Source of the DNA: Alphaproteobacteria bacterium | GTDB taxonomy: Bacteria; Pseudomonadota; Alphaproteobacteria; UBA11222 | Length of the DNA: 64,000 bases | Assembly (NCBI GenBank): GCA_038318895.1 | Contig: JBBQCS010000005.1 | Location: forward strand, 14,403 to 78,402 | Reading direction: 5' to 3' | Shown: positions 8,633 to 18,943 of the stretch, piece by piece | How positions within the stretch are numbered: the stretch's first letter is position 1 | Layout of the letters: every line of letters starts with the position of its first letter | Made by a program: the position numbers and the translations under genes | The notes under the pieces: generated by a model | The model's database searches: none | The model's input: the letters and a program-made list of their open reading frames with translations, nothing else | What the model was told of the DNA's origin: nothing

Positions 8633-9745
8633 TTATTCAGCGGCGGCCAGGGCGCGTGGATCGCGGCCTTCGTTGATGGCCTTCAGGAATTTGATGCCTT
8701 CTTCAGCAATTTCGTCACCGACCATCGCATCGCCTTCTTCATGCAGTTCTTTGAGATCGACGAACGCCGCATAATTAGGGGCGGTACGTTGTGTGACAAT
8801 ACCGGATTTGACCAGTGTCTTGACCAGGGAGCGGAATACGCTGGTGCTTTTCGCCATACTGTCACGGCGGCGCTTGTCAGTCATTGCTTCAAACACGGCG
8901 CCCTGCACCCACTGCCAGTCCAAGCCAAGTTCCTGATATAGCGCGTTCTTATGTTCAAAGCCAAAGCTGTTGCCCTTCAGCAGAGCGCTGAAAATGGTCC
9001 ATGCCCAGTCTTCGATCTGTTCGCGTTCATGCTCCGGCAGATGGGGGACCGTCTTGTCTGCCCAGATCTTGCCAAATTTGTGATGGAATGCTTCGTCGGT
9101 CATGGTGAATTGCAGCAGGCGTTTCAGGGTTGGATCGTTCGAGAACTGATAGAAGTTCGAGAACAGACCCATGGCCAGACCTTCCAGCACCATTTGCAGG
9201 CCGACAATTTTTTTCCAGACCAGCGGGCTGTAGACCATTTCCGTAATGAGGGTCATCAGGAACGGATCCATTGTGGTGGGCTTGCCCCAGCGCGCTTTGA
9301 TATAATTCGTGAAGCCGGTGACGTGGCGGGCCTCTTCGCGCGCCTGGTTTGCGGCATATTCCTGTGCGCCTGGATCCAGTAGGATGTGGCAAAGATCGGC
9401 AGAAAGGCTAAGGGCTGCCTGTTCGCCATGCAGAATCCCCGATAGCACGAAATGAACCGAGCCGTTTACCAGGCGAATTTTCTGGCCTTCGTCAAGTTTG
9501 TCGGCGACGGCTGTGCGCAGTTCCAGGTTAAGCGTTTCGGGCATGACGAGTTGCGTCGAGAGATCAAACGGCGCGCTGAAATCGATATATTTCGGATCCA
9601 TCGGATCCCAGAAATGGTCGTTTGTCGCTGCAATGATTTTGTCAAAGGCGTTAGAACGCTTGCCATAGCGGTCGGGGTTCAGCATCGCGGGGAAGTCGTC
9701 TGACCGCACGCATTCATAGGCGTCGTCAATATTGAAGTTTTCCAT
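8633..9745 (-). CDS. Ferritin-like diiron protein (AurF-like)
   Basis: HGEQAAL, EEARH, LEGLA, DEAFH: E/ExxH/E/ExxH diiron ligand pattern. Confidence 0.8.
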   Translation of the reverse strand: MENFNIDDAYECVRSDDFPAMLNPDRYGKRSNAFDKIIAATNDHFWDPMDPKYIDFSAPFDLSTQLVMPETLNLELRTAVADKLDEGQKIRLVNGSVHFVLSGILHGEQAALSLSADLCHILLDPGAQEYAANQAREEARHVTGFTNYIKARWGKPTTMDPFLMTLITEMVYSPLVWKKIVGLQMVLEGLAMGLFSNFYQFSNDPTLKRLLQFTMTDEAFHHKFGKIWADKTVPHLPEHEREQIEDWAWTIFSALLKGNSFGFEHKNALYQELGLDWQWVQGAVFEAMTDKRRRDSMAKSTSVFRSLVKTLVKSGIVTQRTAPNYAAFVDLKELHEEGDAMVGDEIAEEGIKFLKAINEGRDPRALAAAE

Positions 9746-10009
9746 TTTAGTACTCCTTTACGTGTGTCTCTCGGTGTGGCGGAATTTCAAAACCGGCGTT
9801 AGACCAGGATATTCTACTACCCTGCCATCGCCTCATACCCTGTTTAATTATGTTGTTTTAATTTAAATGTCAATTGGAACTGACAGGAAAGTCGGCGTTG
9901 TCACAATTTCACAACCTGTTGGGCCCGCAATTTCTTGCAGGCTATTTTATTTCAACAGGTTAGTGGCATTGTGTGTTGAGGTTTAACCCGCAGCGCGTCC
10001 CCACTTGCA

Positions 10010-10097
10010 GTCATTACCCGGTTTATCCGGGCAATGACTTGCGCGACGGCAGCGCCTTCAAATGTGTCTGGATTGTCCGGATAAACCGGGCAACGAC
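10010..10097. repeat. CGTC-type REP doublet / MITE-like palindromic element
   Basis: 26-bp terminal inverted repeats (23/26 match), each arm itself a hairpin CCCGGTTTATCCGG. Confidence 0.75.
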
Positions 10098-10146
10098 GGT
10101 ATGGGAATGGACAGGGTTTCGCCCAAAACCAACTTGCTATAGTCGC

Positions 10147-11271
10147 TTACCGGTGGTTCGGCATGACCTTGGTGGCGAACAGGTCCAGCGAGGTTTTTAT
10201 CTGTTCGGGGGTATGAATTCCCTGGGGTATCAGCAGATAGCATTCCTTTACGGGGATCGCCTTATTGACTTCCGCCAGGCGTTTGTTCAGCGTTTCCGGC
10301 GAACCGATCAGCAGTTCCGGCAGGCCAAAGCCGAATGGCACGGACCATTGGTCCCAGAACCATTTCATGTCTTCCCACCATTCCCAGGCCTGCGCGTCTG
10401 TGGGGGCGCAGATCATGATGCCACCCCAGCAGGCTTCCTCGCCGGGCTGGAAGTCATGCCCATGATGCCTGGCCTCTTCGCCCCATTCGCTCCACAATGT
10501 TTTGCAGAAATCGAGATTGTCGGTCAGCACAATCGGCTTGCCCTTGTATTTCGCCCAGAATTTGGCCGTGCGCAGGCTGGAAGAAAAGCCGCCATACAAC
10601 GGGATTTCCTTTTGCAGCGGCTTCGGCGCGATGCCAATTTCGCTGAAATTCATCTGCGCATCCACGCCCTGGCCATATTTATGATAAACCGGATGATCAT
10701 GCGGGTTTTTGAAGCCGGGGGTGGGAAAGTTCCAGTATTTGCCACGATAACTGAAGGTGTCATTGTACAAGGCTTTGTAGATCACCTCGACAAATTCGGT
10801 GAACAGTTCCCGGTTCATTGTGTCGGCAGGACTTTCGGCATTCCAAGGGCCAACCGCTTCGACCTCCGGCTTGATCTTGAAATTGTCCAGCCAGCGCGCC
10901 TGATAACCGCGCACCAGGCCGACATTGAAACGCCCGCCCAGCATATTGTCCAACGTGGCGATCTTTTCCGCGACGATGATCGGATTATTGGTGCTGGCGA
11001 CAAAACCGCAGGACATCACCCGCATCCGTTTCAGATGCTGGCCCAGCCACATAGCCATCAGGCAGGGATCATTGGCCATTTCAAAGCCTTCGATCTGCAA
11101 ATGATGCTCGGGATGGCCGATGGCGTAATAATCACGCTCGTCGGCGAATTTGGCATATTCTGCCAGTTCGCCCAGAAAGCGCTGATACAATTCCGGCTTG
11201 CGCCCGGCCATGCCCGCTTCCAGTTCGGCGCGCCGGCCCACTGTCCCATAAATGAACAAACTAAAATCCAT
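10147..11271 (-). CDS. LLM-class flavin-dependent oxidoreductase
   Basis: GHPEHH, AEKIATLDNMLGGRFNVGLVRGY, GSPET motifs. Confidence 0.9.
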   Translation of the reverse strand: MDFSLFIYGTVGRRAELEAGMAGRKPELYQRFLGELAEYAKFADERDYYAIGHPEHHLQIEGFEMANDPCLMAMWLGQHLKRMRVMSCGFVASTNNPIIVAEKIATLDNMLGGRFNVGLVRGYQARWLDNFKIKPEVEAVGPWNAESPADTMNRELFTEFVEVIYKALYNDTFSYRGKYWNFPTPGFKNPHDHPVYHKYGQGVDAQMNFSEIGIAPKPLQKEIPLYGGFSSSLRTAKFWAKYKGKPIVLTDNLDFCKTLWSEWGEEARHHGHDFQPGEEACWGGIMICAPTDAQAWEWWEDMKWFWDQWSVPFGFGLPELLIGSPETLNKRLAEVNKAIPVKECYLLIPQGIHTPEQIKTSLDLFATKVMPNHR

Positions 11272-11361
11272 GCTCTCTCTCCCTGATGATTTGTTGCCTC
11301 AACTATAGGACATTTTGTCTGACTTTGGATCACAATTTCTAACGATTATTAGGTTTATGTC

Positions 11362-12138
11362 CTATTTCCCCTGCCAGTTGGGCTTGCGCTTTTCGGCGAA
11401 GGCTTTCGGGCCTTCCTGGGCGTCCAGACTCTGGTAGACGGGCTCAAAAATCCGCCGTCCGGCCTCCTGCGCCGCGCTTTTGCCCATTTCGGTGGCGGTA
11501 TAGACCATCTGTTTGGCGGCCATGACCGTCAGCGGCGCGTTTTCACAAATAGTTTGCGCCAGTTCCAGCGCCTTGGTCATCAACCCATCGGGCGCCGTGA
11601 CATGATTGACAAAGCCAAATTCATAGGCGCGCTGCGCCGTAACCGGATTTCCTGTCATCAGGATTTCCAGCAATATTTTTTGCGGGATCATATGCGTGAG
11701 CGGCGTCGCCCAGGGCATGCCGCGCCCCACCTTGGCCTCGGTAATGGCGAAACGCGCGGTTTGGCTGGCGACCACCATGTCGCACATCTGGCTCAACATC
11801 CAGCCACCCGCATAGGCCACCCCGTTGACCGCGGCGATAACCGGTTTGCGCACTTCAATGGTGTCACCAATCAGTGGCAGAAAATTGCGTGGCAGCATCC
11901 CAAGTTTCATGTCGGACATTTCCTTCAGGTCCGCGCCTGCGCAAAATGCCTTGTCCCCGGCCCCGGTAAGAATGGCGACACGAGCATTGGCGTCTGATTC
12001 GAATTTCTCAAATCCTGCGAACAACCCTTCGCGCACGCCCTTGTTAATGGAATTTCGCTGTTCCGCCCGATTAATGGTAAGGATTGTCACTTTCCCGCGC
12101 GTTTCATACAAAATGTCGCCGATGACTTCATGCCCCAT
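11362..12138 (-). CDS. Enoyl-CoA hydratase/isomerase family protein
   Basis: AFCAGADLKE, KPVIAAVNG, FAITEAKVG motifs. Confidence 0.92.
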   Translation of the reverse strand: MGHEVIGDILYETRGKVTILTINRAEQRNSINKGVREGLFAGFEKFESDANARVAILTGAGDKAFCAGADLKEMSDMKLGMLPRNFLPLIGDTIEVRKPVIAAVNGVAYAGGWMLSQMCDMVVASQTARFAITEAKVGRGMPWATPLTHMIPQKILLEILMTGNPVTAQRAYEFGFVNHVTAPDGLMTKALELAQTICENAPLTVMAAKQMVYTATEMGKSAAQEAGRRIFEPVYQSLDAQEGPKAFAEKRKPNWQGK

Positions 12139-12233
12139 GCCGATCTCCCGTTTCCCGTGTTAATATAAACTAAAGCTAGCAGCGCGACCGGCATGACGAA
12201 AGATCAAAGACAGCAGGAAGGAATGAAAGCCCC

Positions 12234-13229
12234 ATGAAAGAGCAATACAGGATTTTCGGATCGGAACTGTCACCTTACTCGGTCAAGGTGCGGTCATACT
12301 TCCGGTATAAAAATATTCCACATGACTGGATAGCGCGCAGCGAGGACGATACGGAGGAATTTAACAAATTCGCCAGACTGCCATTGGTACCGCTGGTGGT
12401 TTCCGCCAAGGGCGACGCCATGCAGGATTCAACCCCCATCATCGAGGCGATGGAGCAAACTCATCCTGAACCGGCGATCATACCGCATGAACCTGTGCTG
12501 GCTTTCATTTCCGCGCTGATTGAAGAATATGCCGATGAATGGTGTAACAAGCACATGTTCCATTACCGCTGGTGGTATGTGCCAGACCAGAAATCCGCCG
12601 GTGAACGGCTGGCGCGCGGCATGCGCCCTTCTGCCGCAGATGTTGAAGTGCAGGCAATGGGAGAGATGATCCGGGACCGCATGGTCAAACGGCTTAGCCT
12701 GGTCGGTTCCAGCCCGCAAACCCGTGACCAGATCGAAGCTTCTTTCAGACGGCTGCTGGAAATACTGGAGCCGCATCTTGCAAACAGACCCTATCTGTTT
12801 GGAAAGCGCCCGTTGATGGCTGATTTTGGCCTGGCGGCGCAACTTTATGAATGCTGGACTGATCCAACGCCGCACAAAATCATGGCCGCGCATGCCCCCA
12901 ATGTTGCGGCGTGGGCGCAACGCATGCTGGACCCGAAACTTGAAGGCCAGATTGAAACCTGGCAAAAACTGGCGCCCACGCTGGCGCCACTGTTGAGCGA
13001 CGAAATTGCTGGGTTATTCCTGCCCTGGTCGGCGGCGAATGCCGCAGCACTTGAGCGCGGCGAAGAAAAGTTCACCGTCACATTAAACGGTAAGCCATTT
13101 ACTCAGGAGGCGCAGAAATATCATGCCCGCTCGCTTGGGGTGTTGCAGGCACGATACGTGAGCGCCAAACAGCATGCTGGCCTGGTGGAAATTTTAACGG
13201 CAACAGGCTGTCACGCCTATCTTGGTTAA
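12234..13229 (+). CDS. Glutathione S-transferase family protein
   Basis: SELSPYSVKVRSY, LVPLV, QDSTPII, ADFGL motifs. Confidence 0.85.
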   Translation: MKEQYRIFGSELSPYSVKVRSYFRYKNIPHDWIARSEDDTEEFNKFARLPLVPLVVSAKGDAMQDSTPIIEAMEQTHPEPAIIPHEPVLAFISALIEEYADEWCNKHMFHYRWWYVPDQKSAGERLARGMRPSAADVEVQAMGEMIRDRMVKRLSLVGSSPQTRDQIEASFRRLLEILEPHLANRPYLFGKRPLMADFGLAAQLYECWTDPTPHKIMAAHAPNVAAWAQRMLDPKLEGQIETWQKLAPTLAPLLSDEIAGLFLPWSAANAAALERGEEKFTVTLNGKPFTQEAQKYHARSLGVLQARYVSAKQHAGLVEILTATGCHAYLG

Positions 13230-13243
13230 TTGGAGTCTGACTG

Positions 13244-14026
13244 ATGGACGCGTTTATCGCAGCGGCAAGTGACCCGCTGATATGGTCGAGCCTGATTACT
13301 CTGACCGTGCTTGAAATTGTGCTGGGCATCGATAATCTGATTTTCATTTCAGTTGTCAGCGCGCGTCTGCCCGAGCATCAGCAGGCCCGCGCGCGCCGTG
13401 TAGGCTTGTCTCTGGCGCTGATTTTCCGGATCGCGCTGCTTGCCAGCATTGTCTGGATTGTCGGTCTGACGCAGCCGATTTTCAGCGTGGGCGATTTCGA
13501 ATTTTCCTGGCGGGACGCGATTTTGTTAGGTGGCGGGCTGTTTTTGCTGGCCAAGGGGACTATGGAAATCCACGATACTGTGGAAGGAGAAGACCCTCAC
13601 GCAAGCGGCACCGGGAAAGCTGCGGTGACATTCGCGGGGGTTATAGGTCAGGTGATCGTGCTGGATATTGTGTTCTCGCTGGACAGCATTATTACCGCTG
13701 TCGGCATGACCCAGAATTTACCTGTGATGATCATCGCCGTGGTCATTGCGATAATCATCATGATGGTTGCGTCCGAGCCGGTGAGTGACTTTATCCAGCG
13801 CCATCCCACTACCAAGATGCTGGCGCTCAGCTTTTTGCTGCTGGTCGGCATGGCGCTGGTTGCAGACGGCCTGCATTTCCATCTGCCGCGTGCCTATCTG
13901 TATTTCGCTATCGCCTTCTCCATGGGGGTCGAAGTACTTAATTTGCTGGCTGCCGGACGGCGCAAGCGTAAACGCGACGCGTCAACCGCTGAACTACGGG
14001 AGGACAGCAGTGAAGCCGCAGTGTGA
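13244..14026 (+). CDS. TerC family membrane protein
   Basis: LEIVLGIDN, DIVFSLDSIITAVG motifs. Confidence 0.93.
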   Translation: MDAFIAAASDPLIWSSLITLTVLEIVLGIDNLIFISVVSARLPEHQQARARRVGLSLALIFRIALLASIVWIVGLTQPIFSVGDFEFSWRDAILLGGGLFLLAKGTMEIHDTVEGEDPHASGTGKAAVTFAGVIGQVIVLDIVFSLDSIITAVGMTQNLPVMIIAVVIAIIIMMVASEPVSDFIQRHPTTKMLALSFLLLVGMALVADGLHFHLPRAYLYFAIAFSMGVEVLNLLAAGRRKRKRDASTAELREDSSEAAV

Positions 14027-14390
14027 CATCGGGATCATTTCAGGCTATCACGCTCATGTGTATTACACAGATGCAGATACCCGGGCACACGCTGAACATT
14101 TGCGCGCCGGTGTCGATGCGCTGGGCCTGGAGACTGTACTGGGCCGCTGGCATGACGCGCCCGTCGGCCCGCATCCAGCCGGCAGCTTTCAGATCGCCTT
14201 TGATGTGCCGGTATTTGCGCAACTGGTTCCGTGGCTCGCGCTGAACCGGGACGGGTTGTCCATACTTGTGCATCCGAATACGGATGATCCGGTGGCTGAT
14301 CACTCTTCCCATGCCGTATGGCTTGGGCCGCAACTGCGGATTGATCTTGAAATGCTGCGCCGTTTCATGGCGGAACACAAACCCGCATGA
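14010..14390 (+). CDS. DOPA 4,5-dioxygenase family protein
   Basis: YHAHVYY, VGPHP, SILVHPNT, DHSSHAVWLG; GTG 14010 overlapping the terC end. Confidence 0.85.
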   Translation: MKPQCDIGIISGYHAHVYYTDADTRAHAEHLRAGVDALGLETVLGRWHDAPVGPHPAGSFQIAFDVPVFAQLVPWLALNRDGLSILVHPNTDDPVADHSSHAVWLGPQLRIDLEMLRRFMAEHKPA

Positions 14391-15880
14391 CCCTGCAGAT
14401 GCCGGCGCCGGAGCCGCACATTTTACAGGCCCGCCCCGCCCTGATTGCCGCGTTGCGCGAAATTCTGCCCGCCGCCCAGATCATCGTCGAGGAGGCCGAA
14501 CTGCGTCCTTATGAAAGTGACGGGCTGACGGCGTATGCCCAACTGCCTCTGCTGGCCGTGCTGCCGGACACGGTGGACCAGATTTCGTCCATCCTGCGCC
14601 TGTGCAGCGAGATGAATATCAAGGTCGTGCCGCGCGGTGCGGGTACGTCGTTGTCCGGCGGCGCGCTGCCCCTGGCCGATGGTTTGCTGCTGGGGCTTTC
14701 GCGGCTGAACCGCATTCTGGAAATTGATTTTGAAAATCGTTGCGTGATGGCGCAACCTGGCGTCACCAATCTGGCGATTTCCGATGCGGTGGCCCATGCC
14801 GGGTTTTATTACGCGCCGGATCCTTCCAGCCAGATTGCCTGTACTATTGGCGGGAACGTGGCGGAAAACAGTGGCGGCGTGCACTGTCTGAAATATGGCC
14901 TCACCACCAATAATCTGACGGGCCTAGAGATGGTGCTGATGAGCGGCGAAGTGATCCGACTGGGCGGCAAGCATCTCGATGCAGCGTCGCTTGATCTATT
15001 GGGGGTCGTTGCCGGATCAGAAGGTCTGCTGGGGGTGATAACCGAGGTGACGGTGCGTATTCTGCCCAGGCCGGAAACCGCAAAGGCGTTGTTGCTGGGT
15101 TTCGATTCCATTGAAGATGCGGGGGCCTGCGTTGCCGCGATTATCGGCGATGGTATAATCCCGGGTGGGATGGAGATGATGGATCGTCCGGCCATACATG
15201 CATCGGATGATTTTTGTAACGCGGGGTATCCACGTGATGTAGAGGCCTTGCTGATTGTCGAACTGGATGGTGTGGCGGCAGAAGTCGCGGCGCTATCGGC
15301 ACGGGTGTGCGACGTCGCCAGGGCCTGCCGCGCGCAGACAATTTCTGAAAGCCGCGACGAGGCCGAGCGCCTGGCCTTCTGGGCTGGGCGCAAGAACGCG
15401 TTTCCTGCGATGGGCCGCATTTCGCCGGATTATTTATGTATGGACGGCACCATCCCGCGTGGCCGGCTGTCGCAAGTGCTGGCGCGCATTCGCGAATTAT
15501 CCGCACAGTACGGCCTGCGTGTCGCAAACGTGTTTCATGCAGGCGATGGCAATCTGCATCCACTCATTTTGTACGACGCGAACGCGCCGGGCGAGCTGGA
15601 AAGAGCGGAAGATTTCGGTGCGGACATTTTACGTCTCTGTGTCGAGGTGGGTGGTGTACTGACCGGCGAACATGGCGTTGGCGTGGAAAAGCGCGATCTG
15701 ATGCCGGTCCAGTTCAACGAAACCGACCTGGCGCAGCAGCAGCGGCTGAAATGCGCCTTCGATCCGCATGGGCGGCTTAATCCGGGCAAGGTGTTTCCGG
15801 TTTTACACCGCTGCGCCGAACTGGGCCGGGTGCATGTGCATGGCGGGGCCACCCGCTTTCCGGATTTGCCGCGCTTTTAA
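14387..15880 (+). CDS. glcD: Glycolate oxidase subunit GlcD (FAD-linked oxidase)
   Basis: PRGAGTSLSGG, PDPSSQIACTIGGNVAENSGG, HAGDGNLH, GEHGVG motifs. Confidence 0.9.
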   Translation: MTLQMPAPEPHILQARPALIAALREILPAAQIIVEEAELRPYESDGLTAYAQLPLLAVLPDTVDQISSILRLCSEMNIKVVPRGAGTSLSGGALPLADGLLLGLSRLNRILEIDFENRCVMAQPGVTNLAISDAVAHAGFYYAPDPSSQIACTIGGNVAENSGGVHCLKYGLTTNNLTGLEMVLMSGEVIRLGGKHLDAASLDLLGVVAGSEGLLGVITEVTVRILPRPETAKALLLGFDSIEDAGACVAAIIGDGIIPGGMEMMDRPAIHASDDFCNAGYPRDVEALLIVELDGVAAEVAALSARVCDVARACRAQTISESRDEAERLAFWAGRKNAFPAMGRISPDYLCMDGTIPRGRLSQVLARIRELSAQYGLRVANVFHAGDGNLHPLILYDANAPGELERAEDFGADILRLCVEVGGVLTGEHGVGVEKRDLMPVQFNETDLAQQQRLKCAFDPHGRLNPGKVFPVLHRCAELGRVHVHGGATRFPDLPRF

Positions 15881-15930
15881 TATTGCGCACGGGGAAGAAA
15901 TCGTGAATTTCTTCCCCGGCTAATTAAAAA

Positions 15931-17658
15931 CTATTCCGCAGCCTTTTTTAGCGCATTATTATAGTGCTCTCCGACACTGGTGCGCCAGATATCGCCTGGG
16001 CGCGCATTGGTGCATTCGCCGTTTTCAAACGTTGTCACCCCATTGACAAGGATCGCACGGTAACCAGTCGCGCGCTGCACCAGACGCCTGCCGCCGCCAA
16101 TGATGGTTTCATACACCGGCTTTTCCGGGGTGACCGCCAGTTTGTCGAGATCGTAGACAATGATGTCCGCGGGCGCGCCAGGCAGCAACATTCCCCGCCC
16201 GGTCATGCCGATCGACGCCGCCGCCATGTGCGAGAGGCGCCAATGCGCTTCTTCCAGGCTCAGCACTTTTTTGTCGCGCACCCATTTGGCTAGCAGGATG
16301 GTGGGATATTTGCCCAGGCTGAGGAACTGCGTATGGGCGCCGCCGTCCGACAGGCCGGGGATCACATACGGGTGCAGCAACATTTCCTGATTGGCCGTAT
16401 CGTCCATATTGGCGAAATCTTCGATGATGAAATTGGTTTCAAGGCGTTCCGCCACATTGATGTCGCAAAACACATCAAGCGGATTCTGGCCGCGCTCGGA
16501 GGCGATCTGCGAGACATATTTGCCAACCAGTTTCGGGTCCTTCGATTCCATCACCATGAGCCGCGCCCAGTTGCCTGACCACAGCCGTTCCACATGATGG
16601 TCCAGATCATGCTGCAATGTTTTACGTACTTCAGGATTAGCCAGGTTGGCTATACGCTGTTCCAGCGGGCAGGCCAGCGCCTTGTTCCAGGCGGGCATTT
16701 CATCGAACAGATTATATTCGATCAGATTGAACAGGGATTCCAGTTCATGGGTCAGTCCCAGCCCGTTTACCTGCACCCGCGTGTTCATATCTTCCAGCAG
16801 CGCCAGGGCTTCCTTATAGGCGCCGGGGCGGTGGCCTTCCTGGATCAGCGCATTGTAATAAATCGGCCGCCCGGAAATATTGGCCCAGCGCTCGAGCATT
16901 TTGGCTTCGTCCGGCCCGATCTTCAGTTGCTTGGGCGTCACTTCGATGGAGCCGACATTGAATTCCTGCGCCACGGAAATCAGCGCTTCGGTTTCCTCCA
17001 TCGGCGCCACCAGGCTGGGCAGAATCGATCCATCAAAATCACGGTCGATCAGATTAAGATCGGTGGACAGGCCCATGGCCCCGGCGCGATAGCCGTCACG
17101 CACCAGTTCTTTCATCGCCTCCAGTTCCGCAGGCGTCACATGTTCGCGCGTGCTGTCTTCCGTACCCAGAACATAGCCGCGCACCGGAGATTGCGGAATA
17201 TAGCTGGCCACATTGACCCCAAGCCCCGCCTTTTTCATAGAATTGAGATATTCAGCCTGCGTCACCCAGTCCCAGCGCATGCCTTCTTTCATCGCGGAAT
17301 AGGGAATGGCTTCCACACGGGTCATGCGTTGCATGGCGCGTTCGCGGTCATGCGGGTGGCAGGGCGCAAAGCCAAAACCACAGGCGCTGATCACGATCGA
17401 AGTAATGCCGTGCCAGCACGACTGGCTGGCATAGGGGTCCCATTGCAGCTGCGCGTCGTAATGGGTGTGCACGTCAATGGCGCCTGGCGCGACGATCAGG
17501 TTGGTCGCGTCTATTTCTTTTTTTCCCTTGCCGGCCACACGGCCTATTTCGGCAATTTTTCCGTCCTTGATCGCAATGTCCGCCCTGAAGCGCGGCATGC
17601 GGGTGCCATCCACCACTGTGCCATTGCGGATTACCATATCGAAACGTATATCAGCCAT
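15931..17658 (-). CDS. N-acyl-D-amino-acid deacylase family amidohydrolase
   Basis: VAPGAIDVHTHYD, SDGGAH, ADIIVYD; ATG 17658 after GGAGG. Confidence 0.88.
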   Translation of the reverse strand: MADIRFDMVIRNGTVVDGTRMPRFRADIAIKDGKIAEIGRVAGKGKKEIDATNLIVAPGAIDVHTHYDAQLQWDPYASQSCWHGITSIVISACGFGFAPCHPHDRERAMQRMTRVEAIPYSAMKEGMRWDWVTQAEYLNSMKKAGLGVNVASYIPQSPVRGYVLGTEDSTREHVTPAELEAMKELVRDGYRAGAMGLSTDLNLIDRDFDGSILPSLVAPMEETEALISVAQEFNVGSIEVTPKQLKIGPDEAKMLERWANISGRPIYYNALIQEGHRPGAYKEALALLEDMNTRVQVNGLGLTHELESLFNLIEYNLFDEMPAWNKALACPLEQRIANLANPEVRKTLQHDLDHHVERLWSGNWARLMVMESKDPKLVGKYVSQIASERGQNPLDVFCDINVAERLETNFIIEDFANMDDTANQEMLLHPYVIPGLSDGGAHTQFLSLGKYPTILLAKWVRDKKVLSLEEAHWRLSHMAAASIGMTGRGMLLPGAPADIIVYDLDKLAVTPEKPVYETIIGGGRRLVQRATGYRAILVNGVTTFENGECTNARPGDIWRTSVGEHYNNALKKAAE

Positions 17659-17809
17659 ACTGCCATCTCCTCCCAAGAGAATATTCTTTGTGGAGCCTTG
17701 CTGGACGGCGCGGACCGGAAAAAATATTGACAATACTGTATGCCGGACCAGGCGGCTCCCCTAATGAGACGATGCTCAACAAGACTTGTCAAGATGTAAA
17801 GCGCGCGCA

Positions 17810-18943
17810 TTAATCCAGCGTGCGCCGGTACCGGGTAAGGGCGATGGTGCTGACCACAGTGAGGAAAATCAGCAGCGGCCAGATGCTGGGCCATATCTCA
17901 AAAAAGCCATTCCCCTTCAGCAGTATGCCGCGCACGATGCGCAGAAAATGCGTCAGCGGCAGCGCCTCGCCGATCATTTGCGCCCAGACCGGCATGCCGC
18001 GAAACGGAAACATGAAGCCAGATAAAAGTATCGACGGCAGAAAGAAGAACACAGTCATCTGCATCGCCTGTAACTGGTTGCGCGCCAGCGTCGAAAAGGT
18101 GAAACCAACCGCAAGATTGACCGCGATGAACAGCGCGAGCACAAGGACCAGCAGCGGCAAGGACCCAATCATGGGGACATGAAAAATAAACCGTGCGCCC
18201 AGTAGGATAAAAATCACCTGAATATAACCAATCAGTACATAGGGGATCAATTTTCCTACCATGACCTCGGCCGGGGTTAACGGCATGGCCAGCAGATTTT
18301 CCATGGTGCCGCGTTCCGTTTCACGCGTCACCGCAAGGCCAGTGATCAGCACCATGGTCAGGGTCAGAATGACCCCAAGCAGCCCAGGCACAATATTATA
18401 GGCGCTGATCCCTTCGGGGTTGTAGCGCCGGTGTATGCGTAGTTCCAGCGGTGGTGCACGTGGGGCCATTGGCGCCAGCGCCCCTTTCAGATCATGGCGC
18501 AGGGCGGTCATTTCCAGCCGCGACAAAGCCGCAATCGCATTTATGGATGCAGACGGGTCGCTGGCGTCCGCCTCGATCAGCAATTGCGGCCGTTCGCCGC
18601 GCACAAGACGGCGCGAAAAATCATCCGGGACGGTGATGACAAATGACACACGCCCCTGGTCAAGCAGATTTGCGCCCTCCTGTTCGCCGCTGACTTGCCG
18701 GGTGAATTTGAAATAGCCGGTATGTTCAATGGCTGTGAGCAGCGATCGCACATAGACGCTGTTGTCGCGCGCAAGCACCGCCGTTGGCAGGCTTTTGGGA
18801 TCACTGTTGATGGCGTACCCGAACAGCAATAGCTGTATAACGGGAATACCGATGATCATGCCGAAGGTCAAACGGTCGCGGCGCATCTGAATAAATTCCT
18901 TCAGCAACACCGCCACCATGCGCGATACCGAAAAACCCATCAT
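17810..18943 (-). CDS. ABC-2 transporter permease (YbhR/YbhS-like)
   Basis: KEFIQMRRDR, RETERGTMENLL, SGFMFP motifs. Confidence 0.9.
   Translation of the reverse strand: MMGFSVSRMVAVLLKEFIQMRRDRLTFGMIIGIPVIQLLLFGYAINSDPKSLPTAVLARDNSVYVRSLLTAIEHTGYFKFTRQVSGEQEGANLLDQGRVSFVITVPDDFSRRLVRGERPQLLIEADASDPSASINAIAALSRLEMTALRHDLKGALAPMAPRAPPLELRIHRRYNPEGISAYNIVPGLLGVILTLTMVLITGLAVTRETERGTMENLLAMPLTPAEVMVGKLIPYVLIGYIQVIFILLGARFIFHVPMIGSLPLLVLVLALFIAVNLAVGFTFSTLARNQLQAMQMTVFFFLPSILLSGFMFPFRGMPVWAQMIGEALPLTHFLRIVRGILLKGNGFFEIWPSIWPLLIFLTVVSTIALTRYRRTLD

Noticed and set aside
9973-11286. 437-aa plus-strand ORF
   Set aside because: Antisense shadow of the LLM gene; no motifs; typical of GC-rich codon bias
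12160-12174. One-mismatch CtrA-like boxes (also 38942-38956)
   Set aside because: Expected by chance in AT-rich intergenic DNA
16594-17730. 378-aa plus-strand ORF
   Set aside because: Antisense shadow of the D-aminoacylase-family gene
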